A stretch of DNA of 64,000 nt from Actinomycetota bacterium (GTDB taxonomy: Bacteria > Actinomycetota > Aquicultoria > UBA3085 > Oleimmundimicrobiaceae): assembly GCA_030017835.1 (NCBI GenBank), contig JASEGU010000001.1, positions 24,341 through 88,340 on the forward strand. The letters run 5' to 3'. Position 1 is the first letter of the stretch. Each line of letters starts with the position of its first letter. Of the stretch, positions 42,340 to 52,254 are shown one piece after another. The notes beneath the pieces are model-generated. The model did no database searches and was not told the origin of the DNA. It worked only from the letters and a program-made list of their open reading frames with translations. The position numbers were made by a program, and so were the translations under genes.

Positions 42340-42863
42340 GCAGACTCACGCTCATCTTGGGCGGAGCCCGCTCTGGAAAGAGCGACTTTGCGGAAGAATT
42401 GGCCAAAAGCGGCGGGCGGGTTGCCTTCATCGCGACCGCCAAACCGCTGGATTTAGAGATGGAAGAGAGGATCGAGAAACATCGCCGCTCTCGCCCCAAA
42501 AACTGGGCGACCTTTGAAGTGGATGTGGATCTCTCAGCCTGCTTGAAAGGCGCGGAATGCGACGTGGCAATCTTGGATTGCTTGACCATCTTCGTGGCAA
42601 ACTGCATGGAGGCGGCCAAGGCGGCCGCCCTCGATCCGGAAAGCTTCACCATAGAGGGGCTCAAAGAGGGACTTAAAGCGGCCAGAGAGTCAGGGGCGGA
42701 GTTCATCGTGGTCAGCAACGAGGTCGGATCCGGGATCGTTCCCGAAAACGAACTTGCCAGAAATTATCGCGATATCCTTGGAAAGGCAAATCAACTCCTT
42801 GCAGGAAGGGCCGATTCGGTCTATCTGATGGTGGCCGGCATACCGGTCAAAATAAAGGATTAG
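42336..42863 (+). CDS. cobU: Adenosylcobinamide kinase/guanylyltransferase
   Basis: GGARSGKS, ERIEKHR..RP, LDCLT, VSNEVGSG; TTG start after GGGGGG. Confidence 0.93.
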   Translation: MSRLTLILGGARSGKSDFAEELAKSGGRVAFIATAKPLDLEMEERIEKHRRSRPKNWATFEVDVDLSACLKGAECDVAILDCLTIFVANCMEAAKAAALDPESFTIEGLKEGLKAARESGAEFIVVSNEVGSGIVPENELARNYRDILGKANQLLAGRADSVYLMVAGIPVKIKD

Positions 42864-42875
42864 GGGGAGAGAGGT

Positions 42876-44393
42876 TTGAGCGCAAAGACGCTGATGATTC
42901 AGGGGACCGGCTCAGATGTCGGAAAGAGCGTAGTCGTTGCGGGACTCTGCCGCATCTTCTCCGATATGGGGATGGATGTTGCGCCTTTTAAGGCACAAAA
43001 TATGGCTCTAAACTCATTTGTGACGCTGGACGGCAAAGAGATGGGCAGAGCCCAGGCCGTACAAGCGCGGGCCGCCCGCCTCGAGCCATCCGTTGACTTC
43101 AATCCGATTCTTTTGAAACCGACTAGAGAGGCCGCCTCGCAAGTAATCGTCCACGGGCGGCCCGTCGCCAACCTGACCGCAAGGGAGTACCACGAGGGCT
43201 TTAAGGGTGCGGCCAAAAAGGCGATAGACGCCTCGCTCACCCGTCTTCTGGCTGAGCGCGAACTTATCATAATCGAAGGTGCGGGCAGCCCGGCCGAGGT
43301 CAACTTGAAGGATATGGATATAGTCAATATGGCGGTCGCCAAAGCGGCAAAGGCTCCCGTGATCCTAATCGGAGATATAGATAAGGGCGGGGTGCTGGCC
43401 TCGCTCGTCGGAACCCTCTCCCTTCTCGAAGAGGATGAGAAAAAGATCGTCTCGGGTCTGATCATAAACAAGTTCCGGGGAGATTTAGGTCTCCTTGGTC
43501 CCGTGCTCGACTTCTTGACCGAACGGACGAAAAAGCCGGTTTTGGGGGTCCTGCCTTTTATGAACGACATCGCCATCGAGGAGGAGGATTCAATCCCAAA
43601 ACGGGACCATGAAACGGGCGACTTCGATATCGATGTGGCCATAATCAGGCTTCCCAGGATATCAAACTTTACCGATTTCGATCCGTTGAGGCTGGAAGAG
43701 GGCGTAAGGCTCAGGTATGTGAGCAGGTTAACCGATCTTTGCGATCCCGACGTCCTGATCATTCCGGGCAGCAAGAATACCCTTAGCGACCTTAATTGGC
43801 TTTACAAAAGCGGTTTTGCAGAGGCGGCCATAGGTCTTAGAGCTAGAGGCAGGTTGATAGTCGGCATTTGCGGAGGTCTTCAAATGCTTGGAGAGAAGAT
43901 ATCCGACATGGAGGGGATTGACGGTCTTGCGGGCAGCTCAAAAGGTCTCGGACTCCTTCCGATTTCAACCTCCTTTCATGGAGAGAAGGTGACCGAAAGG
44001 GTTCGCGCCCGCCTTAATGGTAGTCACAAGCTCTTTTATGGTCTAGAAGATCACGAATTTGAAGCCTATGAGATTCATCATGGCCGAACTGATTTTGGAG
44101 AGACTGACCCCTTGTTTGGGATCGAGTCTTCCACGGGGACAAGCAGGGACGGCATGGTTAGCGAAGACGCTGTGGTCTTTGGGACTTATCTCCATGGAAT
44201 ATTTGAAGATGACTTAATTCGGGCGGCCTTTTTGGACGGGATAAGAGCGAAAAAGGGCCTTGCCAAGAGGGGATCATCGTTCAACTTCATAAGCTCTTTT
44301 GAAGCGGGCCTAAATGACTGGGCAGAGGTCTTGCGCAAAAACTTGGACATGGTGATGCTCGAAGGGATAGTCAAAAAGGGGAGTTCAAATTGA
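42876..44393 (+). CDS. cobQ: Cobyric acid synthase (CbiP)
   Basis: QGTGSDVGKS, PFKAQNMALNS, EGAGSPAEVN, ISNFTDFDP, GICGG, GTYLHG. Confidence 0.95.
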   Translation: MSAKTLMIQGTGSDVGKSVVVAGLCRIFSDMGMDVAPFKAQNMALNSFVTLDGKEMGRAQAVQARAARLEPSVDFNPILLKPTREAASQVIVHGRPVANLTAREYHEGFKGAAKKAIDASLTRLLAERELIIIEGAGSPAEVNLKDMDIVNMAVAKAAKAPVILIGDIDKGGVLASLVGTLSLLEEDEKKIVSGLIINKFRGDLGLLGPVLDFLTERTKKPVLGVLPFMNDIAIEEEDSIPKRDHETGDFDIDVAIIRLPRISNFTDFDPLRLEEGVRLRYVSRLTDLCDPDVLIIPGSKNTLSDLNWLYKSGFAEAAIGLRARGRLIVGICGGLQMLGEKISDMEGIDGLAGSSKGLGLLPISTSFHGEKVTERVRARLNGSHKLFYGLEDHEFEAYEIHHGRTDFGETDPLFGIESSTGTSRDGMVSEDAVVFGTYLHGIFEDDLIRAAFLDGIRAKKGLAKRGSSFNFISSFEAGLNDWAEVLRKNLDMVMLEGIVKKGSSN

Positions 44394-45355
44394 TAGCCTA
44401 CGCGATGCTTGCCGCCTTTTTTATCGATTATTTGATTGCCGACCCCCCGCATCCCCTTCACCCGGTCAGACTGATTGGGCTCTTCATCTTGAAGGCAGAG
44501 AACGTTTTGAGCAAGACTTTTAAAGGTAGAACGGAGTATTTCGCAGGTCTCATTTTGGCGGCCGGCACGATTCTTATCTCCTTCATCGCGGCTCGCTACC
44601 TCATCATTTTTGCCGGAAAGGTCTCAAATCATCTCTCCTTTTTACTTGCGATATTTCTCATATATTCGACCATAAGCCCCAAAGAGATGGTCAAACAAGC
44701 CAAACGGGTCCGATTAGAACTCAGAGAGGGAAGTCTTCAGGGCGCAAGAGAGAGCCTTTCTGGGCTGGTTGGTCGAGACACCGATTGTCTTGATGAAGGG
44801 GCTGTGATACGGGCCGCCATCGAGACAGTCTCAGAGAATATCACCGATGGCAGCGTGGCTCCTCTCTTCTACGCGGCGCTTGGCGGTCCCCCCCTTGCCA
44901 TGGCTTACCGGGCCGTAAATACCCTAGATTCGATGGTCGGCTACAAGAACGAAAGATATGCCAAGCTAGGTTTCTTCTCAGCCAAACTGGATGATTTGGC
45001 GAGCTATATACCGGCCAGGATAGCTGGGCTACTGGTAACGTTTGCCGCCCTTATCATGGGCAAGGATTGGCGGCGCTCTCTTATCACGACGATAAGGGAG
45101 TCCAAAAAACATTCGAGTCCAAACGCTGGCATCGGCGAGGCGGCGATGGCCGGGATCCTCGGGATCGAACTTGGGGGGCCGAGTAGCTACGGGCAAAAGC
45201 TCGTCGAGAGGGCCAGGCTCGGCCAAAACAAGACCAGTTTAAGCTCGTCTATGATAGGCGAGGCCGCTATGGTTCACTATTTGGTGGCGGCCCTATCTCT
45301 CGGACTCTTCGTTCTCTTGAGGATGGTCATCGAACCCTTGGGAGGCCATCTGTGA
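44390..45355 (+). CDS. cbiB: Adenosylcobinamide-phosphate synthase
   Basis: DP...HPV, LVGRDT, ENITDG, YRAVNTLDSMVGY, SPNAG. Confidence 0.93.
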   Translation: MIAYAMLAAFFIDYLIADPPHPLHPVRLIGLFILKAENVLSKTFKGRTEYFAGLILAAGTILISFIAARYLIIFAGKVSNHLSFLLAIFLIYSTISPKEMVKQAKRVRLELREGSLQGARESLSGLVGRDTDCLDEGAVIRAAIETVSENITDGSVAPLFYAALGGPPLAMAYRAVNTLDSMVGYKNERYAKLGFFSAKLDDLASYIPARIAGLLVTFAALIMGKDWRRSLITTIRESKKHSSPNAGIGEAAMAGILGIELGGPSSYGQKLVERARLGQNKTSLSSSMIGEAAMVHYLVAALSLGLFVLLRMVIEPLGGHL

Positions 45356-46089
45356 GCGGGCTGGTATCGGCCATTAACTTCTTGTCCATCATCTCCATCC
45401 CGTCCAAGAGGGGACGGAGCGAAGCTGAATTGAAGGGGGCGGCTCGGTTCTTCCCCTTAGTCGGCCTCCTTTTTGGGCTTATTTTAGCCCTTTTAGACAT
45501 CGGTTTACGGATGGTCTTACCGCTCATGGCCGCATCGATTCTGCTGATTGCCGCCTCGACCATCTTAAGCGGTGCGATTCACTTAGACGGGTTGGCAGAC
45601 ACCTTGGACGGCATCCTGGGCGGCGGGGGGGATAGGGTCAGGAGCCTTCAAATAATGAGAGACAGCAGCCTGGGGACATTTGGGGCGGCTTCGCTATCCT
45701 TGGACCTCATACTCAAATTTGTTCTCATAGCCTCACTTCATGGCCGACTTCGATTTCTGGCTTTGCTCTTATTTCCCTTGGTAGCGAGGGGAGCGCTCGT
45801 CTTTTCGATGGTCCTTTTCCCCTGCGCCAGGGGCGATGGCAAGGCCAAAAGTTTTGACTCTTTCAAAGATATCAAAAGCCTATCGATTCCGATCATCCTC
45901 TTGCTTTCCTCAATCTTCTTCTGCCCGCTGTCTGTTTTGGCCACACTCGTCACTCTTTTGTTATCCTTTCTGATTTCATATCTATTAAACAAAAGGCTCG
46001 GCGGGCTGACCGGAGACACCTATGGCGCCGTGGTCGAACTTTCTGAGATATCGTTTCTTCTCATCTTCCTGATTGGAGCTCGCCCATGA
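45352..46089 (+). CDS. cobS: Cobalamin synthase
   Basis: GAIHLDGLADTLDG, IMRDS..GTFG, GGLTGDTYGA. Confidence 0.93.
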   Translation: MSGLVSAINFLSIISIPSKRGRSEAELKGAARFFPLVGLLFGLILALLDIGLRMVLPLMAASILLIAASTILSGAIHLDGLADTLDGILGGGGDRVRSLQIMRDSSLGTFGAASLSLDLILKFVLIASLHGRLRFLALLLFPLVARGALVFSMVLFPCARGDGKAKSFDSFKDIKSLSIPIILLLSSIFFCPLSVLATLVTLLLSFLISYLLNKRLGGLTGDTYGAVVELSEISFLLIFLIGARP

Positions 46090-47180
46090 AGATGATGATT
46101 CACGGCGGCGAGCCGAAGCGAACGTTTGAAAGACTTGGGCTCACTCCAAGAGAGGTGATAGATTTCAGCGTAAACATCAACCCCTTTGGGCCGCCAAAAG
46201 GCGTCCTTAATTACTTAAGGTCCATTGATGAGCAAGATATAAGGGATTATCCAGATCCGGAAAGCTCCAGGCTAAAGGGGATACTATCTCAAAAACTCGG
46301 CCTTGGCCTGGGTAATTTAGCCCTAATGAGCGGCTCCTTGGAAGCGATACATCTGGTTGCAAGCCGCCTGGTCGATTCTCGCGGCGCCCTCATCATCTCA
46401 CCGAATTTTTCCGAATACGAAGCCTCGCTGAAGGCATACGATATCCCGGTCGCAAAGCTTAGCCTTAGCGAAGATGACGGCTTCGATCTCACAAACAAGA
46501 CTTCAAATTTGAAAATCAATGATTTTGGGGCCATCTTTTTATCCAACCCGAACAATCCGACTGGAAGGCTATACGATAAAAAGGAGCTTATAGCCATGAT
46601 ACAAAGGGCTAAAGGCTCCAAAACTCTGATCGTTTCCGATGAGTCCTTCATGGACTTCGTCATCGAAAAGCAGAGCGAGTCTTTGGCATATCGTGTAAAT
46701 GAGTTTGATAATCTAATCGTCCTCTCCTCCTTGACCAAGTTCTATTCCTTGGCCGGCTTAAGGATCGGCTGCGCCATCGCATCGGACGGTCTCATCGAGA
46801 TGATAAGGCAAGCCTCGCCCCGTTGGAACTTGAATCATCCGGCCCAGAAGGCGGCCGAAATCGCCATCTTGGACTCAGCTTTTGAGGATTTCAGCCTGAA
46901 AGAGAATCAAAGACTTCGGGCCGATCTGTATCAGAGGTTGTCTGCGATCGGCGGAATCAAAGCCTTCTTATCAAGCGCAAACTTCATTCTCATAAAGGTG
47001 GATTCGAGGGAGATCTTGGGATCGGATTTCTTCGCAGAGCTTTTGAAGTGCGGCTATCATCTTAGGGACTGCTCATCTTTCGAGGGTCTTGGAGGCGACT
47101 TCTTTAGGATCGCGGTCAGAAAAGAGGAGGAGAACTTGGCCCTCTTGGCCGAAATGAGAAAGATAATTTCAACGACATAA
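46086..47180 (+). CDS. cobD: L-threonine-O-3-phosphate decarboxylase
   Basis: HGG, DFSVNINP, NPNNPTG, DESFMDF, SLTKFYSLAGLRIG; within cob operon. Confidence 0.85.
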   Translation: MKMMIHGGEPKRTFERLGLTPREVIDFSVNINPFGPPKGVLNYLRSIDEQDIRDYPDPESSRLKGILSQKLGLGLGNLALMSGSLEAIHLVASRLVDSRGALIISPNFSEYEASLKAYDIPVAKLSLSEDDGFDLTNKTSNLKINDFGAIFLSNPNNPTGRLYDKKELIAMIQRAKGSKTLIVSDESFMDFVIEKQSESLAYRVNEFDNLIVLSSLTKFYSLAGLRIGCAIASDGLIEMIRQASPRWNLNHPAQKAAEIAILDSAFEDFSLKENQRLRADLYQRLSAIGGIKAFLSSANFILIKVDSREILGSDFFAELLKCGYHLRDCSSFEGLGGDFFRIAVRKEEENLALLAEMRKIISTT

Positions 47181-47193
47181 AAAGGAGAAAAAC

Positions 47194-48246
47194 ATGCTTA
47201 AACTCGACGATATGACGGGCGGTTTTGCGGATTTAGACGAGGATGCGAGAAAGCGGGCAGCAGCTCGTCTTGACAATCTGACCAAGCCCAAAGGGAGTCT
47301 GGGCGCCCTTGAAGAGATGGTCAAATGCCTGGCCGCAATATACGGGACCGATGAGCTCAAGATCGGCAAGAAGACGATCTTCGTCATGGCGGGAGACCAC
47401 GGCGTGGCAGAAGAGGGGGTGAGCGCCTTTCCCAGCGAGGTCACCCCTCAGATGGTCTTAAATTTTTTGGGCGGGGGGGCTGCCATAAATGTTCTTGCCC
47501 GCCACGTCGGGGCGGACGTCAAGGTGGTCGATATCGGGGTTGCCGGCGAGCTCGAAACCGGCGGTCTGATATCCCGCAAAGTAAAGCCAGGTACTGACAA
47601 TATGACAAAAGGGCCAGCCATGACAAAAGAGGAGGCGCTCGAGGCGATCAAGGTGGGAATGGAACTTGCTATGGCTGAAGTAGAGGCCGGCGCAAAGCTC
47701 CTTGGCACGGGCGACATGGGTATCGGTAATACCACCTCAAGCAGTGCCATCGCTGCCGTTTTGACCGGCTCTTCTCTCGACGAGGCGATCGGGCGAGGCA
47801 CGGGCATCGGCGACGGGGCCCTGAAGGTGAAGAGGGATGCGATCAGGCGGGCCATAGAGCTCAATCGCCCAGATCCCACAGATCCGCTCGATGTCCTCTC
47901 AAAGGTCGGCGGCCTTGAGATTGCGGGGATAACCGGCCTGATTTTAGGCTCGGCCAAGGCAAAAGTTCCTGTCGTCATCGACGGCTTCATCTCATCGGCC
48001 GCCGCCCTGGTGGCGGCCAAGATCTCAAAGAAATCGACCGGTTACATGATAGCCTCTCACCAGTCGGTCGAGCCCGGCCATCTTAAGGTCCTAAGCGAAC
48101 TCGGCCTAAAACCCGTCTTGATGATGGATATGCGCCTCGGAGAGGGGACCGGAGCAGCTCTTGCCATGGGGCTGATAGACGGCGCCATAAAGATATATAA
48201 TGAGATGGCAACATTCGACGGAGCGGGAGTCTCAAAGGAGCTTTAG
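47194..48246 (+). CDS. cobT: Nicotinate-nucleotide:dimethylbenzimidazole phosphoribosyltransferase
   Basis: LTKPKGSLG.LE, AGDHGV, GDMGIGNTT, VGGLEI, MRLGEGTGA. Confidence 0.96.
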   Translation: MLKLDDMTGGFADLDEDARKRAAARLDNLTKPKGSLGALEEMVKCLAAIYGTDELKIGKKTIFVMAGDHGVAEEGVSAFPSEVTPQMVLNFLGGGAAINVLARHVGADVKVVDIGVAGELETGGLISRKVKPGTDNMTKGPAMTKEEALEAIKVGMELAMAEVEAGAKLLGTGDMGIGNTTSSSAIAAVLTGSSLDEAIGRGTGIGDGALKVKRDAIRRAIELNRPDPTDPLDVLSKVGGLEIAGITGLILGSAKAKVPVVIDGFISSAAALVAAKISKKSTGYMIASHQSVEPGHLKVLSELGLKPVLMMDMRLGEGTGAALAMGLIDGAIKIYNEMATFDGAGVSKEL

Positions 48247-48248
48247 GA

Positions 48249-48866
48249 GTGAAGATGACCAGGTTGTATCTCGTTCGTCACGGCGAGACCGAGTGGAACG
48301 CGCAAGGCAAATATTTGGGAGTCACAGACATCCCTTTGACCTTAAGGGGCCGCTCTCAGGCGCTCGCCCTTGGAAGGTATCTCGAGGATAAAGGGGTCAG
48401 TGCGGCATATTCGAGCGAACTAAAGAGGGCCAAAGAGACACTTAAGATTGCCACTTCGGCTCTGAATATTAACCCCTCGGTCCTTAATGGTTTGAATGAA
48501 ATTAATTTCGGCCGCTGGGAGGGCATGACGTACGAAGAGATAGAGAGATCTTACGGTGACCTCCTCTCGAACTGGCTCTTGGATGTCTCAAGATACGAGA
48601 TCCCCGATGGCGAGAGGTGGCATGATTTTAAATCGCGGGTTAGCGAGAGTTTCGATAGGATAATCGAAGAGAACCAGGAAAGAGAGGTCTTGGTCGTAAC
48701 TCACGGCGGCGTGATCAAGACCATAATTGGTTCTATCTTGGGCATGGAGCCGGTCGGTTTTTGGAAACTTCGCCAAGATAAGGGAGCTCTCAATATCTTA
48801 GAGGTTCACAGAAAAGAGGCAATGGTGACTCTTTTGAATGACACCTGTTATCAGAATCACATTTAG
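48249..48866 (+). CDS. cobC: Alpha-ribazole phosphatase (histidine phosphatase)
   Basis: LVRHGET, E.NFG.WEG, VTHGG; follows cobT. Confidence 0.85.
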   Translation: MKMTRLYLVRHGETEWNAQGKYLGVTDIPLTLRGRSQALALGRYLEDKGVSAAYSSELKRAKETLKIATSALNINPSVLNGLNEINFGRWEGMTYEEIERSYGDLLSNWLLDVSRYEIPDGERWHDFKSRVSESFDRIIEENQEREVLVVTHGGVIKTIIGSILGMEPVGFWKLRQDKGALNILEVHRKEAMVTLLNDTCYQNHI

Positions 48867-48894
48867 ATTTCCACCAATTTAAGCAGGCAATTTA

Positions 48895-48923
48895 TTGAGC
48901 AAAGGTCCCCATTATGTTAAACT
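48895..48923 (+). promoter_or_regulatory. Putative sigma70 promoter for hisC-aroF block
   Basis: TTGAGC-17 bp-TAAACT with extended TG. Confidence 0.4.
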
Positions 48924-48956
48924 CCATTCATCTTTTTAGCTCTCAATATTAACGCC

Positions 48957-50066
48957 TTGAGGTGCGCATTGAAGGATATCTTTAGAAAAGAACTTGAAGC
49001 ATTGAGGCCTTACAGCCCAGGAAAACCGATTGCTGACGTCAAAAGGGAGCTTGGCTTGAGCGAAGTCATAAAGCTCGCCTCCAACGAATCACCAACCCCG
49101 CCGCTCCAGGCGGCAGTTGAGGCGATAGCTTCGGCCTCCCTCGGCATAAACCGCTATCCGGACGGGGCTTGCTTGGATTTAAAGTCGGCGCTTTCGAGGC
49201 ACCTTGAGGTTGAAGAATCGACGATAATCGTGGGCAATGGCTCAAATGAGCTCATTCGCCTTCTTGCCCAGGCCGTTTTGAACTCTGGCGATGAGGTGGT
49301 GATGGCAAGTCCCTCTTTCGTCGTCTATCCCACCGTATCTTTAATGATGAATGCCCACCCGGTCGAAGTCTCCTTAACGGGTCACCGCCACGATCTTGCG
49401 GCCATGCGCTCGGCCATCACCGAAAAGACCAAGATGGTCTTCATCTGTAACCCCAATAATCCAACCGGCACTATAGTGAGCCGGAGCGAGGTCGAAGAGT
49501 TCTTAAACGGTACTCCAGATCACGTCATGGTCGTCTTCGACGAGGCCTACTTCGAGTACGTGGATGATCCGGATTTTGCGAGCGGCCTTAAATATTTCTC
49601 GCCAAGCGGCGGAGTCGTGGTCCTTCGAACCTTCTCGAAGATCTTTGGCCTGGCTGGTCTTAGGATTGGCTATGGTGTCGCTCCCAAAGAGGTTGTGACC
49701 TATCTCGACAAGATCCGAGAGCCCTTCAACGTAAATAGCTTGGCTCAAGTTGGGGCGCTTGCAAGCCTAAGGGAGAAAGAAGAGGTTGCAACTAGAAAAA
49801 CCGACAACCTGGCCGGTCTTAAATTTCTCTCCAAAGCCTTAAGCGAAATGGGCTTCGAGGCGGTCCCGTCATCTGCCAACTTTCTATTGGTCGATGTAAA
49901 AGAGGACTCCAAAGAGGTCTTTGGCCGGCTTCTAAAAAAGGGAGTCATCGTGAGATCTGGCGAGATATTCGGAGAGGCATATACCAACTTCATAAGGGTT
50001 ACGGTCGGAAGTCCCGAGGAGAACAAGAAGTTCATCCTAGCCTTAAAAGAGGTTACTGGCCGGTAG
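48957..50066 (+). CDS. hisC: Histidinol-phosphate / aromatic aminotransferase (probable start TTG 48969)
   Basis: IKLASNE, GNGSNE, NPNNPTG, DEAYFEY, RTFSKIFGLAGLRIGY. Confidence 0.9.
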   Translation: MRCALKDIFRKELEALRPYSPGKPIADVKRELGLSEVIKLASNESPTPPLQAAVEAIASASLGINRYPDGACLDLKSALSRHLEVEESTIIVGNGSNELIRLLAQAVLNSGDEVVMASPSFVVYPTVSLMMNAHPVEVSLTGHRHDLAAMRSAITEKTKMVFICNPNNPTGTIVSRSEVEEFLNGTPDHVMVVFDEAYFEYVDDPDFASGLKYFSPSGGVVVLRTFSKIFGLAGLRIGYGVAPKEVVTYLDKIREPFNVNSLAQVGALASLREKEEVATRKTDNLAGLKFLSKALSEMGFEAVPSSANFLLVDVKEDSKEVFGRLLKKGVIVRSGEIFGEAYTNFIRVTVGSPEENKKFILALKEVTGR

Positions 50067-50103
50067 ATTTAAATTTTTGAAATTTGAAAAGGTGGTGGTA
50101 TAG

Positions 50104-51123
50104 ATGATTGTCATAATGAAGGATAGTGCTAGCAACCAGGAGATAGATCACGTAATCGAAAAACTGGATGAGCTCAAGCTCGAGGTCCACATCTCAAGGG
50201 GTAAATTTAGGACCATCATTGGAATAATCGGCGAAGAGGAGATGGTCTCCGCCATTCCCTTAGAGGCTTTCCCAGGCGTCGAGAGGGTGGTTCCGGTTCT
50301 CAAACCCTATCGCCTGGTTAGTCGCGAGTTCAGCTCGGATGATACCGTTATCGAGGTGAATGGCTCTTTGATCGGAGGTGGAAATTTTGCCGTCATAGCT
50401 GGTCCTTGCTCCATTGAGTCTGAGGAGCAGGCCATAGAGACAGCGAGATCGGTCAAGGCTGCCGGGGCGACCATGTATAGGGGCGGAGCTTTCAAGCCGA
50501 GGACATCGCCGTATAGTTTCCAAGGACTCGGTCTCGAGGGCTTGAAGATACTGGCCGAGGCCAGGAAAGAGACGGGGCTTCCGATAGTTACCGAGGTTAT
50601 GGATACCAGAGACGTCGACGCCGTGACCACCTATTCCGACATCTTGCAGATAGGAGCGAGGAATATGCAGAACTTCCAGCTCTTAACTGAGGTCGGCAAG
50701 CAGCACAAGCCCGTGGTCTTAAAGCGAGGCTTCAGCAACACCATCGAAGAATTCCTGATGGCGGCCGAATATGTCGCCAAAGGAGGCAATCAAGAGATAA
50801 TCCTCTGTGAACGGGGGATACGAACCTTTGAGCCCTATACCAGAAATACTCTAGACATCAGCGCCATTCCGCTCCTAAAGGGTTTGAGCCATCTTCCGGT
50901 CATAGTCGATCCGAGTCATGCGACAGGGCGCCGGGATCTGGTCGGGCCTCTCTCGCTGGCTTCAATCGCCGCCGGAGCCGATGGCCTGATGATTGAGGTT
51001 CATCAGGATCCCGAATCAGCCCTCTGCGATGGGCCACAATCTCTTAACCCTCAAGAGTTTACCGAGCTCATGAAGGAGATAAGTTCTCTGGTTAAAAATT
51101 TTTCCAAACGGATCGGAGCATGA
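50104..51123 (+). CDS. aroF: DAHP synthase type I-beta with N-terminal regulatory domain
   Basis: AGPCSIE, GAFKPRTSPYSFQG, IGARNMQN, CERGIRTF, DPSH. Confidence 0.94.
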   Translation: MIVIMKDSASNQEIDHVIEKLDELKLEVHISRGKFRTIIGIIGEEEMVSAIPLEAFPGVERVVPVLKPYRLVSREFSSDDTVIEVNGSLIGGGNFAVIAGPCSIESEEQAIETARSVKAAGATMYRGGAFKPRTSPYSFQGLGLEGLKILAEARKETGLPIVTEVMDTRDVDAVTTYSDILQIGARNMQNFQLLTEVGKQHKPVVLKRGFSNTIEEFLMAAEYVAKGGNQEIILCERGIRTFEPYTRNTLDISAIPLLKGLSHLPVIVDPSHATGRRDLVGPLSLASIAAGADGLMIEVHQDPESALCDGPQSLNPQEFTELMKEISSLVKNFSKRIGA

Positions 51124-51126
51124 TAA

Positions 51127-52254
51127 GTGAAAGCCGTTTTTGAAAAGGTTGCCATCGTTGGGCTGGGGCTCATGGGTGGCTCATTAGGCCTGGCAATAAA
51201 GGCCCTTAAAGGTCCCCCGAAAGTGGTCGGAATAGCCCGAAGAAGTGGCGTTATCGCCGAGGCCTTAAAAATGGGCGCAATAGACGCGGGGACAACCGAT
51301 GTTGCCGAGGGTGTTAAAGGGGCCGATTTGATTTTTTTGGCCCTTCCGGTCGGGGCGATGGCCGAGAAGGTCAAAGAGATGATCCCTCACCTGAAAGAGG
51401 GGGCGATCATCACCGATGTCGGCAGCACGAAAGAGTCGGTCACCCAGAGCATCCAAGAGATTCTGCCAAAATCATATCATTTCATAGGAGGTCATCCTAT
51501 GTGCGGATCGGAGAAGGACGGAATTTCGGCCGCAAGCGAGAGCCTTTTCAAGAACGCTTATTACATATTGACCCCGACGAAGGAGACTTCGGCCCCGGCC
51601 TTCAAACGCCTTCACTCACTTTTAACCGCAATAAGCGCAAAAGTCATCGCCATCGAACCGAAAAAACATGATCATTTGGTTGCCGCCATAAGTCACCTGC
51701 CTCATCTTCTCTCGGCTGCTCTGGTTAATCTGGCCAAAAAGGGAGAGGAGAAGGAGGAGAGTCTGCTCCTTCTGGCCGCCGGCGGCTTCAGGGATACAAC
51801 CAGGATAGCTGCGGGAAACCCCGATATGTGGGTCGATATCTGCTTAGAGAACGACAAGGCCATCTTGAGTCAGATTGAGGGGTTCGAAAGGGAACTTGGC
51901 AAGTTTGCCTCCGCCATAAGGGCAAAGGATAAGGAGGCTCTAAGGAAGGCTCTCCATGAAGCCCAGGTCGCAAGGAAGAATCTACCCATTGTCACCTTGA
52001 AGGATATTAGGGCGCTAAAAGAGCTTACCATCTCGGTTACAGATCGCCCGGGCGCCATCAGCGACATAACCGTCTCCATCGGAAACATCGGCATAAACAT
52101 AGAAGACATCACCCTCGTCCATCTTTCCGAAGAGAGCGGGCTGGTAAAGCTGGTTGTGGCGGACGAAGATTCCGCCAAGAGGGCGGCCAAGGTTCTTAAG
52201 AAGAAGGGCTATGTTGTCCAGATAAGCGGTCTCTACGAGAGGGAGGAGCGTTGA
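51127..52254 (+). CDS. tyrA: Prephenate dehydrogenase with C-terminal ACT domain
   Basis: GLGLMGGS, DVGSTK, GHPM.GSE, ISHLPH, GFRDTTRIA, DRPG ACT motif. Confidence 0.92.
   Translation: MKAVFEKVAIVGLGLMGGSLGLAIKALKGPPKVVGIARRSGVIAEALKMGAIDAGTTDVAEGVKGADLIFLALPVGAMAEKVKEMIPHLKEGAIITDVGSTKESVTQSIQEILPKSYHFIGGHPMCGSEKDGISAASESLFKNAYYILTPTKETSAPAFKRLHSLLTAISAKVIAIEPKKHDHLVAAISHLPHLLSAALVNLAKKGEEKEESLLLLAAGGFRDTTRIAAGNPDMWVDICLENDKAILSQIEGFERELGKFASAIRAKDKEALRKALHEAQVARKNLPIVTLKDIRALKELTISVTDRPGAISDITVSIGNIGINIEDITLVHLSEESGLVKLVVADEDSAKRAAKVLKKKGYVVQISGLYEREER

Noticed and set aside
42899..43774. Long antisense ORFs (e.g. 291 aa opposite cobQ, 190 aa opposite cobT, 192 aa opposite btuD)
   Set aside because: They are shadows of well-supported + strand genes, are Ser/Pro-rich and show no recognisable motifs.
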